Assembly: GCA_000437755.1 (NCBI GenBank)
Contig: FR900145.1
Coordinates: 50,242-114,241, forward strand
Source: Roseburia sp. CAG:303
Lineage (GTDB): Bacteria > Bacillota > Clostridia > Lachnospirales > Lachnospiraceae
Length of the DNA stretch: 64,000 bases
Direction: 5' to 3'
Part shown: piece after piece, positions 39,273-49,399 of the stretch
How positions within the stretch are numbered: position 1 is the stretch's first letter
Layout: each line of letters starts with the position of its first letter
The notes under the pieces: generated by a model
Told to the model about the DNA's origin: nothing
What the model saw: only the letters and a program-made list of their open reading frames with translations
Database searches by the model: none
Translations under genes and position numbers: made by a program

Positions 39273-39908
39273 CTACTGAACATCGATATGTTTGTTATTT
39301 CTTTTTACACCATCGATGAATGTGGTTTTAATATCATTTTCATATAAACGCATTTCAATTTCCAGAGGAGTCGGATCTCTCGACAGCTTCTTTTTTCCGA
39401 AATGATTGTAGAAGATGAGAATACCGCCGCCAAGACCAATCGAATAGCTGAATTCAAGCACGGTAAAGCCACTGCTCTCCTTTCCGGAGAAAAAGGTATA
39501 AATCTGTGAAAATACATTATGCACCTGGACATCATTATTAAATGCCATAATGGTGAAGGCAGAGCCGAAAAATGTAATCAGGCAGATCAGGACAGTTTTT
39601 ACCCGGATCATAGCCATCGAAGGTTTCTTTGCATTCTTTTCGATGATAAAGTCACAGCTGCCGAGATGAATCAGATTCGTCTCCGGATATTCAGCGGATA
39701 TAATTTCAAATACCTTCAGTGCAGTGAAAATAACCCGCTCATCTCTGTTTTTGCCGATATTTTTCCCCTTGAAAGAATATATTTTCAGGGCATTTATCTT
39801 ACTCTGCAGGGTTTTATCCCGACACAGTACGGTTGCGACATCGCTGATAATAACCTTATCACTTTCCACTTTGGTACTGTCATCAAAAAAGAGATATACA
39901 TTTTCCAT
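39273..39908 (-). CDS. spoVAA: stage V sporulation protein AA (SpoVAA)-like
   Basis: 211 aa with central TM pair; first gene of spoVA operon. Confidence 0.55.
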   Translation of the reverse strand: MENVYLFFDDSTKVESDKVIISDVATVLCRDKTLQSKINALKIYSFKGKNIGKNRDERVIFTALKVFEIISAEYPETNLIHLGSCDFIIEKNAKKPSMAMIRVKTVLICLITFFGSAFTIMAFNNDVQVHNVFSQIYTFFSGKESSGFTVLEFSYSIGLGGGILIFYNHFGKKKLSRDPTPLEIEMRLYENDIKTTFIDGVKRNNKHIDVQ

Positions 39909-40033
39909 GGTGTAAAATCCTTTCTCAAAATAAAATGTAAAAACCTTTCAAAACTATTATTTTCCAATCTTAAAATTTTATACAAAAATCGTATAAGAAA
40001 AAAAATATGAACCATAATTTAAAAGACCATGGA

Positions 40034-40089
40034 TAATTGCGAAATGCTTAATTTATAAATATATATGCAAATTATGAATTTCGCAATTA
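40034..40089. promoter_or_regulatory. 12-bp perfect inverted repeat TAATTGCGAAAT / ATTTCGCAATTA with 32-bp spacer in the spoVA/PBP divergent region
   Basis: Read directly. Related copies GAATTGCgaaGCAATTC (40182-40198) and AATTGCGAAAA (40224-40234). The same half-site occurs at 3409-3421, 3597-3609 and 3637-3647. Confidence 0.5.
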
Positions 40090-40252
40090 TTAAAGATTAT
40101 GGTGCAGAAGCCAAAAAATAGAATTAATGCTTTAAAAACCGCGATGAATTTGGTATAATAATATGATGCCAGATGTTTGCGGAATTGCGAAGCAATTCGT
40201 AATTGTTCTGGGTTAAATGACAGAATTGCGAAAAGCAGGAAAGGATATAAAC

Positions 40253-42790
40253 ATGGATTACAGTAAGAATGGCATTGTAAAGAAACATAAATTACTGGTA
40301 TCATCCGGCAGGAGAATTTCGACGAAGCTGGTCATCAATATTTTTCGGATTTTTATGCTTTTTCTGCTGCTGATAGGTGCAGCAGGAGTTTCTCTGGGGC
40401 TGGGTGTTGTCAGTGGAATACTGGAAGAGACGCCGGAAGTAGAACAGATAAGTATTGCACCGTCCGGTGTATCGACTACGGTATACGACAGTGAAGGAAA
40501 TGAGATTGAGAAGCTTGTAGCGAGCGGTTCCAACCGAATTCCGGTTACATTGGATAAAGTACCGGACTGTCTGCAGAAAGCATTCGTCAGCATAGAGGAC
40601 GAACGTTTTTATGAACATAACGGTATTGATACCAAAGGTATTTTAAGAGCGGGAGCTTCTTTCTTTATGAATGGGGATATGCAGGGTGCAAGTACCATTA
40701 CCCAGCAGCTCTTAAAGAATAATGTATTTGCAAACGGAGGAAGCGAATCTTCCTTTGGCGAACTGGTTAAGCGAAAGGTGCAGGAGCAGTATCTTGCGGT
40801 GGAACTGGAGAAGAACCAGTCCAAAGCGGTTATTCTGGAAAATTACCTGAATACCATCAACCTCGGAGCAGGCTGTTATGGTGTACAGGCTGCTTCAAAG
40901 AGATACTTTAATAAAGATGTGTCAGAGCTGACGATTTCCGAAAGTGCGGTTATTGCGGCGATTACACAGAATCCGACCAAATATAATCCGATTAACCACC
41001 CGGAGGAGAATGTAAAGAGACGGGAAAAAGTACTTAATAATATGAAGAAAAACGGATATATCACGGAAGAGGAGTATCAGGAAGCAATAGCCGATGCGGT
41101 GTATGACAGAATACAGACTGTCAGTGTAGAGAGTGAACAGGACAGCACACCGTATTCCTATTTTGTAGATGAACTGATTTCACAGCTCCTTACGGATTTA
41201 CAGAAGCAGAAAGGATATACTTACGAACAGGCATCCAACCTTTTATACAGTGGTGGGTTAAGTATTTATTCCACGCAGGATCCGCAGATTCAGGAGATCT
41301 GTGACAGGGAAACATCCGATCCGGACAATTATCCGGGAAATGTATATTATTCCTTCGACTGGAAATGGTCCGTACAGCGGGCAGACGGAACAACGGAGAA
41401 CTATTCCAATGTGGATTTGACCTATTATTATAAGAATCTTCTGGGACAGTCGGATTTCAAGCTGATTTACTCGGAGAAAGAAGATATTCAGAACTGTATT
41501 GACGGCTTTAAGGCTGCGTACACAAAGGACGGCGATGTGAGTCTGGGAGAAACCATCATGTATTCCCTTCAGCCGCAGGTATCCTTTACGGTGATGGATC
41601 AGAAGACGGGATATATCAAAGCGATCGTAGGAGGAAGAGGTGAGAAGGAAACGAGTCTTTCCCTGAACCGTGCGACACATTCCCCAAGACAGCCGGGTTC
41701 CTGTTTCAAGGTGCTGGCAGCTTTTGCACCGGCACTGGATGCGTGTGATATGTCACTGGCGACTGTATACAACGATGCCCCGTTTAATTATTCCAACGGA
41801 AGACCGGTACAGAACTGGTACAAATCTTACTGGGGATTAAATACCATCAGGCATGCTATCGAGCAGTCCATGAACATCGTAGCGGTAAGAGCCATTACGG
41901 ATGTGACACCGGAACTTGCCTATGAATATCTGCTGAATTTCGGATTTACCACACTGGTAGGTGAGGATGATGCGGACAATTACGGTGGTGCAAATGATGT
42001 GACACAGGCAACGGCACTCGGCGGTCTGACCAAAGGTGTATACAATGAAGAACTGACTGCCGCATATGCAGCCATTGCAAACGGTGGAACTTATATTGAG
42101 CCGGTGTACTATACCAAAGTAACGGACAGCAACGGAAGAGTAATTTTAGAGGCAAATCCGCAGACACGTCAGGTTCTTGACGAAGATACGGCATATCTTT
42201 TAACCAATGCCATGCATGATGTAGTAACCGAAGGTACTGGTAAACTGGCAAATATTGACAATCAGTATGTGTCAGGAAAGACAGGTACATCTTCCGACGA
42301 TTATGATATCTGGTTCTCCGGATATACGAATTATCTGACGGCAAGTATCTGGTCAGGATTTGATGAGAATACGGATATTACAAAATATTGTGGAAATACA
42401 AGTTACCATAACAGACTCTGGAGTAAAATCATGAAGGAAATCCATGATGTTAAGGGATATACCTATGAAGAGCCGGAGAAACCGGATACGGTTGTGCAGG
42501 CGAATGTATGTACTTCCTGCGGATATCTGGCGATCGACGGTGTGTGCGATTCCGTAAAGACGGAATACTTCAGTTCAAAGACCATACCGACGGAAAGCTG
42601 TAAGTGCCATATTAAATACACGATCTGTACGGTATCCGGAAAGCTGGCAGGAGAGCATTGCCCACAGGATGTTCTGGAAACAAGAATTTATCAGACGACC
42701 TTCCAGGGTAAAAACAGTTATGACAAAGATGCGGTATACGCATTGCCGTCAGAAATTCAGAATGGAATTTGTATTATTCATACACAGTGA
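40253..42790 (+). CDS. class A penicillin-binding protein (PBP1A; transglycosylase + transpeptidase) with Cys-rich C-terminal tail
   Basis: N-terminal TM; GT51 motifs (FVSIEDERFYEHNGID, ASTITQQL); TP motifs (SCFK, SxN, KTGT); RBS aggaaagga before ATG 40253. Confidence 0.9.
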   Translation: MDYSKNGIVKKHKLLVSSGRRISTKLVINIFRIFMLFLLLIGAAGVSLGLGVVSGILEETPEVEQISIAPSGVSTTVYDSEGNEIEKLVASGSNRIPVTLDKVPDCLQKAFVSIEDERFYEHNGIDTKGILRAGASFFMNGDMQGASTITQQLLKNNVFANGGSESSFGELVKRKVQEQYLAVELEKNQSKAVILENYLNTINLGAGCYGVQAASKRYFNKDVSELTISESAVIAAITQNPTKYNPINHPEENVKRREKVLNNMKKNGYITEEEYQEAIADAVYDRIQTVSVESEQDSTPYSYFVDELISQLLTDLQKQKGYTYEQASNLLYSGGLSIYSTQDPQIQEICDRETSDPDNYPGNVYYSFDWKWSVQRADGTTENYSNVDLTYYYKNLLGQSDFKLIYSEKEDIQNCIDGFKAAYTKDGDVSLGETIMYSLQPQVSFTVMDQKTGYIKAIVGGRGEKETSLSLNRATHSPRQPGSCFKVLAAFAPALDACDMSLATVYNDAPFNYSNGRPVQNWYKSYWGLNTIRHAIEQSMNIVAVRAITDVTPELAYEYLLNFGFTTLVGEDDADNYGGANDVTQATALGGLTKGVYNEELTAAYAAIANGGTYIEPVYYTKVTDSNGRVILEANPQTRQVLDEDTAYLLTNAMHDVVTEGTGKLANIDNQYVSGKTGTSSDDYDIWFSGYTNYLTASIWSGFDENTDITKYCGNTSYHNRLWSKIMKEIHDVKGYTYEEPEKPDTVVQANVCTSCGYLAIDGVCDSVKTEYFSSKTIPTESCKCHIKYTICTVSGKLAGEHCPQDVLETRIYQTTFQGKNSYDKDAVYALPSEIQNGICIIHTQ

Positions 42791-42802
42791 TGAGGATAAA
42801 AA

Positions 42803-43441
42803 ATGTACAGGATTTTATATGAAGAAACACAGGCTGAAATAGTGGAGAAAAAGTCCCGGTTCATTGCATATCTGAAACCGGTACATTCCGAAGAGGAAGC
42901 AGCTTCCTTTATTGAGGGCGTAAAGAAAAAGCACTGGGATGCCAGGCATAACTGTTCGGCGATCGTCATAGGACGTAATAATGAATTTACCAGATGCAGT
43001 GATGATGGCGAACCGGCCGGAACCGCCGGCAAGCCGATGCTCGATGTGCTGCTTAATGAGCAGGTGCATGACATGGCAGTGGTGGTTACGAGATATTTCG
43101 GCGGTGTCCTGCTCGGAACGGGTGGACTGGTCAGAGCCTACCAGGGAGCGGTCAAGGCAGCATTGGAACAGGCGAAAATACTGGAAAAATATGCTGGTTA
43201 TCTACTGGTCATACGCACTGATTATAACGGACTCGGGAAGATCCAGTATCTTGCCGCAAAACAGGGAGCATTTATTCTGGATACAAGATATAGTGAAGAT
43301 GTCATAATGCGAATTGTGGCAAAATCCGAGGATACGGATGGATTCTTAAAGAAGATACAGGAGGCGACTGGCGGCCAGGCATCGGTCGGAAAGTCGGAAG
43401 AACTGTTTTTTGGACTTCTCGACGGGGAAGTCATTATGTAA
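42803..43441 (+). CDS. YigZ/IMPACT family protein (UPF0029)
   Basis: KSRFIAYL...DDGEPAGTAGKPML...VVVTRYFGGVLLGTGGLVRAY. Confidence 0.8.
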   Translation: MYRILYEETQAEIVEKKSRFIAYLKPVHSEEEAASFIEGVKKKHWDARHNCSAIVIGRNNEFTRCSDDGEPAGTAGKPMLDVLLNEQVHDMAVVVTRYFGGVLLGTGGLVRAYQGAVKAALEQAKILEKYAGYLLVIRTDYNGLGKIQYLAAKQGAFILDTRYSEDVIMRIVAKSEDTDGFLKKIQEATGGQASVGKSEELFFGLLDGEVIM

Positions 43442-43574
43442 ATTTGGTTATATTGTAGCTGAATGAAAAAATATTTTTTTCTGATTTGTGGAAAAAAAAT
43501 ATTGTAATTAAGTGAAAATGTGGTAAACTTGTCACGTTGACCTGAAGATTAAATTAGAATTAGAGGAAATCAAG

Positions 43575-45422
43575 ATGAAGACAAAGAGAGAAGACATTAG
43601 AAATATTGCAATTATTGCCCATGTTGATCACGGTAAGACAACTCTGGTAGATGAATTGTTAAAACAGAGCGGTGTATTCAGAGAAAATCAGGAAGTGGCA
43701 GAACGAGTAATGGATTCCAATGACATTGAACGTGAAAGAGGAATTACAATTCTGTCAAAGAATACAGCAGTTCATTATAAGGGAACCAAGATTAATATTA
43801 TCGACACACCGGGACATGCGGACTTCGGCGGAGAAGTAGAGCGTGTACTTAAGATGGTAAATGGTGTAGTACTTGTAGTAGATGCATTTGAAGGTGCAAT
43901 GCCTCAGACAAAATTCGTGTTAAAGAAAGCCCTTGAATTAGATCTGCCGGTTATTGTCTGCATCAATAAAATCGATCGTCCGGAAGCAAGACCGACAGAA
44001 GTAATAGATGAAGTTCTTGAGTTATTCCTGGAACTTGATGCATCTGAAGAACAGTTAGATTGTCCGTTCGTATATGCATCCGCAAAATCAGGATATGCCA
44101 TGGTAGAACTTGATGACGAGCATAAGGATATGCAGCCGTTATTTGAAACAATCGTAAATTATATCCCGGCACCGGAAGGAGATCCGGATGCAGATATACA
44201 GTTATTAATCAGTACCATTGATTATAACGAATATGTAGGACGTATCGGTATCGGTAAGATTGATAACGGTACACTCAAGGTAAACCAGGAAGTCATGATG
44301 GTAAATGCACATGATCCTGAGAAACAGAAGAGAGTAAAGATCAATAAGCTGTACGAATTTGACGGACTGGCAAAGGTAGAAGTAAACGAGGCAACCATCG
44401 GTGCAATCGTTGCGGTTTCCGGTATTGCAGATATTCATATTGGTGATACCATCTGTTCCGTGGACAATCCGGTTGCAATTCCGTTCCAGAAGATTTCAGA
44501 GCCGACCATTGCCATGCAGTTCATGGTAAATGACAGTCCGCTGGCAGGGCAGGAAGGTAAATTTGTTACTTCCAGACATCTGCGTGACCGTCTGTTCCGT
44601 GAATTAAATACGGATGTCAGCCTTCGTGTGGAAGAAACAGAGAATGCGGACAGCTTTAAGGTATCTGGAAGAGGAGAACTTCACTTATCCGTATTAATCG
44701 AGAACATGCGAAGAGAAGGATTTGAATTTGCAGTCAGCAAGGCAGAGGTTCTTTACAAGACAGATGAGAGAGGGGCAAAATTAGAGCCTATGGAACTGGC
44801 TTATATTGATGTGCCGGAAGAATTCTCAGGAAATGTTATCCAGAAGTTAACTCAGAGAAAGGGCGAACTCCAGGGGATGTCTATGTCAAATGGCGGATAT
44901 ACAAGACTTGAGTTTTCTATTCCATCCAGGGGATTAATCGGATACCGTGGTGAATTCATGACAGATACAAAGGGAAATGGTATCATCAATACTATTTTTG
45001 ATGGATATGGTCCGTTCAAGGGAGAGATCCAGTACAGAAAACAGGGTTCCATCATTGCATTCGAGTCAGGCGAAAGTATTACTTACGGTCTGTTTAATGC
45101 ACAGGAAAGAGGAACACTCTTTATCGGACCTGGCGAGAAGGTATATTCTGGAATGGTAATCGGACAGACAGGTAAGGCAGAAGACGTGGAAGTAAATGTA
45201 TGTAAGAAGAAACAGCTTACCAATACAAGAGCATCCGGTTCGGATGATGCATTAAAGCTTGTTCCGCCTAAGGTAATGAGTCTGGAACAGTGCCTTGAAT
45301 TTATCGACACAGATGAGCTTCTTGAGATTACACCAAAGACACTCAGAATCCGTAAGAAGATTCTTGATCCGACCATGAGAAAGAGAGCATTCATCAGAAA
45401 ACAGCAGATGGCAAATAATTAA
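43575..45422 (+). CDS. typA: translational GTPase TypA/BipA
   Basis: [19 protein letters not shown] (G1), DTPGHADF; 615 aa. Confidence 0.95.
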   Translation: MKTKREDIRNIAIIAHVDHGKTTLVDELLKQSGVFRENQEVAERVMDSNDIERERGITILSKNTAVHYKGTKINIIDTPGHADFGGEVERVLKMVNGVVLVVDAFEGAMPQTKFVLKKALELDLPVIVCINKIDRPEARPTEVIDEVLELFLELDASEEQLDCPFVYASAKSGYAMVELDDEHKDMQPLFETIVNYIPAPEGDPDADIQLLISTIDYNEYVGRIGIGKIDNGTLKVNQEVMMVNAHDPEKQKRVKINKLYEFDGLAKVEVNEATIGAIVAVSGIADIHIGDTICSVDNPVAIPFQKISEPTIAMQFMVNDSPLAGQEGKFVTSRHLRDRLFRELNTDVSLRVEETENADSFKVSGRGELHLSVLIENMRREGFEFAVSKAEVLYKTDERGAKLEPMELAYIDVPEEFSGNVIQKLTQRKGELQGMSMSNGGYTRLEFSIPSRGLIGYRGEFMTDTKGNGIINTIFDGYGPFKGEIQYRKQGSIIAFESGESITYGLFNAQERGTLFIGPGEKVYSGMVIGQTGKAEDVEVNVCKKKQLTNTRASGSDDALKLVPPKVMSLEQCLEFIDTDELLEITPKTLRIRKKILDPTMRKRAFIRKQQMANN

Positions 45423-45431
45423 TTTATATAA

Positions 45432-45456
45432 GGGCAGAGAGATCTGCCCTGTTTTA
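45432..45456 (+). terminator. terminator after typA
   Basis: gggcagagagatctgccc followed by tgtttt. Confidence 0.6.
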
Positions 45457-45479
45457 ATATCAGAAAAGGAGATTTTATT

Positions 45480-46391
45480 ATGAAATATCAGGCATATTTA
45501 TTTGTACATTTTATTGGAGAAGGAGAAAACGGGGAACAGATTTATTTTTCAGTCAGCAGGGACGGACTGCACTGGAAGGATCTGAATAACGGAAAGCCGG
45601 TAATTGTAAGTCAGGTTGGGGAGAAAGGGCTGAGAGATCCTTTCATACTGAGAAACCGCCTGGACGGAAAATTCTATATCATAGCAACCGACCTTTGTAT
45701 ACACGCAGGCAAGGGATGGGGAATTGCACAGTACGAAGGCAGCAGAAATCTTATGGTCATGTCATCGGAGAACCTGACGGACTGGAGCAGTCCGGAAGCC
45801 GTAGAACTTGCGATTCCACAGGCGGGATGTCTGTGGGCACCGGAAGCTGTCTATGATGAAAAGACAGGAGATTATCTCACTTACTGGGCATCCATGGTAA
45901 AATGCGAAGGTGAGGAAGAGGCAAAGCAGAGAATCTATGCGGCAAGAACAAAGGATTTTAAGCAGTTTACAGAACCTTTTGTATATCTGGAGCGTAAAAA
46001 CCATGTCATCGATACGACCATGATCGAAAATGACGGAGTTTATTACCGTTTTTCCAAAGATGAAACTACTAAAAACATCATAGCGGATAAGAGCCGGGAT
46101 GTGGGAAGTCTCGATTTTGAAGAATTGCCTGTGCCGGAAGTGAATAAATTAAAAGGAGTGGAAGGACCGCTCTGCTTCCCGTTCAATGACAGGGAAGAAT
46201 ACTGCCTGATGGTGGATCAGTTTGCAACGGACGCAGGATATCTGCCGATCGTAACAAGTGATATGGCATCCGGAGTGTTCCGTGTGCTGGACAAATCCGA
46301 GTATGATATGGGACAGACAAAGAAAAGACATGGAAGTGTCCTGAATATCACGGAAGAAGAATACCAGAAGCTTTGTGAAAAATTTTTATAA
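45480..46391 (+). CDS. intracellular beta-propeller glycoside hydrolase (GH43/GH32/GH130-like)
   Basis: RDPFILRNRLDGKFYIIATD and WAPEAVYDEKTGDYLTYW resemble 5-bladed propeller GH motifs; no signal peptide. Confidence 0.4.
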   Translation: MKYQAYLFVHFIGEGENGEQIYFSVSRDGLHWKDLNNGKPVIVSQVGEKGLRDPFILRNRLDGKFYIIATDLCIHAGKGWGIAQYEGSRNLMVMSSENLTDWSSPEAVELAIPQAGCLWAPEAVYDEKTGDYLTYWASMVKCEGEEEAKQRIYAARTKDFKQFTEPFVYLERKNHVIDTTMIENDGVYYRFSKDETTKNIIADKSRDVGSLDFEELPVPEVNKLKGVEGPLCFPFNDREEYCLMVDQFATDAGYLPIVTSDMASGVFRVLDKSEYDMGQTKKRHGSVLNITEEEYQKLCEKFL

Positions 46392-46558
46392 AAATTTGAA
46401 AAAAGTTGTTCTAAAATTCATTTTTTATGCATATGATTATAAAGAGAAATAATTAAAACACCGGCCTGCTTAAACATTGATTGCAGAATTATGGTGAGAG
46501 AGTCAGGAAACCTGATATCCTGATGATAAGGGTCATATTAAGAAGGGAGAAAATACCA

Positions 46559-47185
46559 ATGGTAGATAAGGTAATTGAGAACAACAGGGTCAGTATTGTA
46601 GGTGAGATTGTATCGGATTTCAGATATAGCCACCAGGTTTATGGAGAGGGTTTCTACATAGTAGATGTGGCAGTCAGCAGACTGAGCGAGTTATCCGATG
46701 TGATACCGCTTATGGTTTCTGAACGTCTGGTAGATGTGACGGAAAGCTGCATCGGCCGTCTGGTGGAAACATCCGGACAGTTCCGTTCCTATAACCGGCA
46801 TGAGGGATTGAAGAATAAGCTTGTGCTGTCCGTATTCGTGCGGGAGTGGGAATTCGTCGATGAGAATCCGGAGGCTGGAAAGACGAACCAGATCTATCTG
46901 GACGGCTTCATCTGCAAAGAGCCTGTTTACAGGAAAACACCGCTTGGAAGGGAGATTGCCGATTTGCTGATCGCAGTCAACCGTCCATATGGAAAGAGTG
47001 ATTATATTCCATGCATTGCATGGGGCAGAAATGCAAGATTTGCCTCCACCTTTGAAGTCGGCGGAAAGATTCAGGTGTGGGGACGGGTGCAGAGCCGGGA
47101 ATATGTGAAAAAAATCAGCGAGGAAGAGATAGAAAAGCATATCGCATATGAAGTATCTGTGTCAAAGCTGGAATATGATATATAA
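46559..47185 (+). CDS. OB-fold (SSB-like) protein of unknown function
   Basis: RVSIVGEIVSDFRY...GKIQVWGRVQSREY pattern; lacks acidic SSB tail; RBS aagaagggag. Confidence 0.35.
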   Translation: MVDKVIENNRVSIVGEIVSDFRYSHQVYGEGFYIVDVAVSRLSELSDVIPLMVSERLVDVTESCIGRLVETSGQFRSYNRHEGLKNKLVLSVFVREWEFVDENPEAGKTNQIYLDGFICKEPVYRKTPLGREIADLLIAVNRPYGKSDYIPCIAWGRNARFASTFEVGGKIQVWGRVQSREYVKKISEEEIEKHIAYEVSVSKLEYDI

Positions 47186-47257
47186 TTCCGGAAATCCGGT
47201 ATAAAGTCTTGACAAAGGTATCTAATAGTGCTAACATAAATTTAATTAAAGAATAGA

Positions 47258-47440
47258 AATAGAGGTTGCATTTTTTAAGAGTAATATCCCGGATGTGGGC
47301 AGTGCAGAAGAAAGGATAAGAAAGGGAAAAATGCCGAAGGGATCAGATTTTCCTGCCGTTTTGTATCCCTGGGCATGCAGTGAAGAACTGTATGACTGTC
47401 ATCTGATGGGAAATCCCTGGATGGAGAGCTATGAACATTT
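47258..47440 (+). promoter_or_regulatory. lysine riboswitch (L-box) leader of dapA-dapB
   Basis: atAGAGGTTGCa..., GAAAGGG, TGCCGAAGGG, aACTGTatgACTGTCA, TGGAGAGCTAT in canonical order. Confidence 0.7.
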
Positions 47441-47468
47441 TATGAAATGCTGTTAGTATGTAATAAAA

Positions 47469-47500
47469 GGGCTGACCATCTGGTCAGCCTTTATGTTTTT
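47469..47500 (+). terminator. riboswitch expression-platform terminator
   Basis: ggctgacc-atct-ggtcagcc followed by tttatgttttt. Confidence 0.7.
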
Positions 47501-47552
47501 ATAGAAAATTCTTAAAAAGCAGCCAACAGCCAAAGGCAAAAAGGAGGATATC

Positions 47553-48437
47553 ATGTCAATATTTACAGGAGCAGGTGTAGCGATTATTACACCAATGAAG
47601 GAAAATGGGGATGTAAACTTTGAAAAATTCGGAGAAATCGTAGAAGAGCAGATTGCCGGAAACACGGATGCCATCATTGTCTGCGGAACAACAGGAGAAG
47701 CTTCCACATTGACACACGAAGAACATTTAGCATGTATTAAGTTCGTGGTTGAGAAGGTAAATAAGAGAATCCCGGTCATTGCAGGAACCGGTTCAAACTG
47801 CACAAAGACAGCAGTATATTTATCACAGGAAGCTGAGAAATTAGGTGCGGACGGAGTCCTTCTGGTATCTCCATATTATAATAAAGCAACACAGAACGGA
47901 CTGAAGAATCATTTTGTGACTATTGCAAAATCCATTCATATCCCTGTTATTTTATATAATATCCAGGGAAGAACCGGTGTAAATATTCTTCCGTCTACCA
48001 TCGCAGCGATTGCAGAAGAAGCAGAGAATGTAGTAGCAGTAAAAGAAGCAAGCGGTAATATTTCCCAGGTAGCAGAGATTGCAAAACAGACAAAAGGAAA
48101 GCTCGATATTTATTCTGGAAATGATGATCAGATTATTCCGATCCTTTCCCTGGGTGGAAAAGGTGTTATCTCCGTATTATCCAATGTTGCACCAAAGCAG
48201 ACACATCAGATGTGCGAGGAATACTTTAACGGAAATGTTGAAAAGGCAAAGGATATGCAGTTAGAGGCACTGGATTTAATCCATGCACTGTTCTGCGAGG
48301 TAAATCCGATTCCAGTTAAGGCTGCCATGAACCTTATGGGAAAAGAAGTTGGTTCTCTCCGTGCACCGCTTACCGAGATGGAAGATGCAAATAAGGAAAG
48401 ATTAAGAAAAGCCATGCAGGAATATGGTATTCTTTAA
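47553..48437 (+). CDS. dapA: 4-hydroxy-tetrahydrodipicolinate synthase
   Basis: GVAIITPM...IIVCGTTGEASTLTHEEH...; 294 aa. Confidence 0.95.
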   Translation: MSIFTGAGVAIITPMKENGDVNFEKFGEIVEEQIAGNTDAIIVCGTTGEASTLTHEEHLACIKFVVEKVNKRIPVIAGTGSNCTKTAVYLSQEAEKLGADGVLLVSPYYNKATQNGLKNHFVTIAKSIHIPVILYNIQGRTGVNILPSTIAAIAEEAENVVAVKEASGNISQVAEIAKQTKGKLDIYSGNDDQIIPILSLGGKGVISVLSNVAPKQTHQMCEEYFNGNVEKAKDMQLEALDLIHALFCEVNPIPVKAAMNLMGKEVGSLRAPLTEMEDANKERLRKAMQEYGIL

Positions 48438-48471
48438 GGATAAGCACACAGATTAGAAAAAGAGGTATAAG

Positions 48472-49224
48472 ATGACAAGAATTATTATGGTCGGCTGCGG
48501 TGGAAAGATGGGTCAGGTTATTTCCGGCATTGTAGAAGCCGATGAAGATGCACAGATTGTAGCCGGGGTAGATATTGCAAAGGCAGAGTGCGGATATCCG
48601 GTATATCCGTCCATCGCAGAAGTAAAAGAAGAAGCAGATGCGATTATCGATTTCTCACATCCGTCACTCTTAGACGGAATCCTTTCCTATGCAGTGGAGA
48701 AGCAGGTTCCGGCGGTACTCTGTACGACAGGCTACAGCAATGAGGATATTGAGAAAATCAATCAGGCAGCAGAAAAAGTGGCTCTGCTCCGTTCTGCGAA
48801 TATGTCACTGGGAATCAACACCATGATGAAGGTGCTTGAAACTGTGACAAAGACACTGGCAGATGCGGGATTCGATATTGAGATCGTGGAGAAGCATCAC
48901 AACCAGAAGCTGGATGCACCGAGCGGAACAGCACTTGCACTGGCAGATACGATGAACAATGAACTGAATCAGGAATATGATTATAAATATGACAGAAGCA
49001 CACTCAGAGAGAAACGCCCGAAGAAAGAGATTGGAATCAGTGCCGTAAGAGGTGGAACGATTGTCGGAGAACACGAGATTATCTTTGCAGGTACGGATGA
49101 AGTGATTGAATTTAAGCACACGGCTTATTCAAAAGCAATTTTTGGAAAAGGAGCAGTTTCCGCAGCAAAATTCCTCAAAGGGAAAGCGGCAGGACTCTAT
49201 AATATGAAGCATGTAATCGGCTAG
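48472..49224 (+). CDS. dapB: 4-hydroxy-tetrahydrodipicolinate reductase
   Basis: MTRIIMVGCGGKMGQ...; EIVEKHHNQKLDAPSGTA. Confidence 0.92.
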   Translation: MTRIIMVGCGGKMGQVISGIVEADEDAQIVAGVDIAKAECGYPVYPSIAEVKEEADAIIDFSHPSLLDGILSYAVEKQVPAVLCTTGYSNEDIEKINQAAEKVALLRSANMSLGINTMMKVLETVTKTLADAGFDIEIVEKHHNQKLDAPSGTALALADTMNNELNQEYDYKYDRSTLREKRPKKEIGISAVRGGTIVGEHEIIFAGTDEVIEFKHTAYSKAIFGKGAVSAAKFLKGKAAGLYNMKHVIG

Positions 49225-49241
49225 ATTACAAAGAAGTGTGG

Positions 49242-49276
49242 AATCCCGGACATTTGCTCCGGGATTTTGTGATTTT
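49242..49276 (+). terminator. terminator after dapB
   Basis: atcccgg-acatttgct-ccgggat followed by tttgtgatttt. Confidence 0.65.
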
Positions 49277-49399
49277 ATTGTGAAATACATGAAAAAAACA
49301 TGGAAATGTGTAAAACTTTATGTTAGAATGTACAAGTTAGGCATAAAAGGTGTAATAAAGAATGGAGTATGACTTCATGGAATAAAGGAGGAAGTACCG

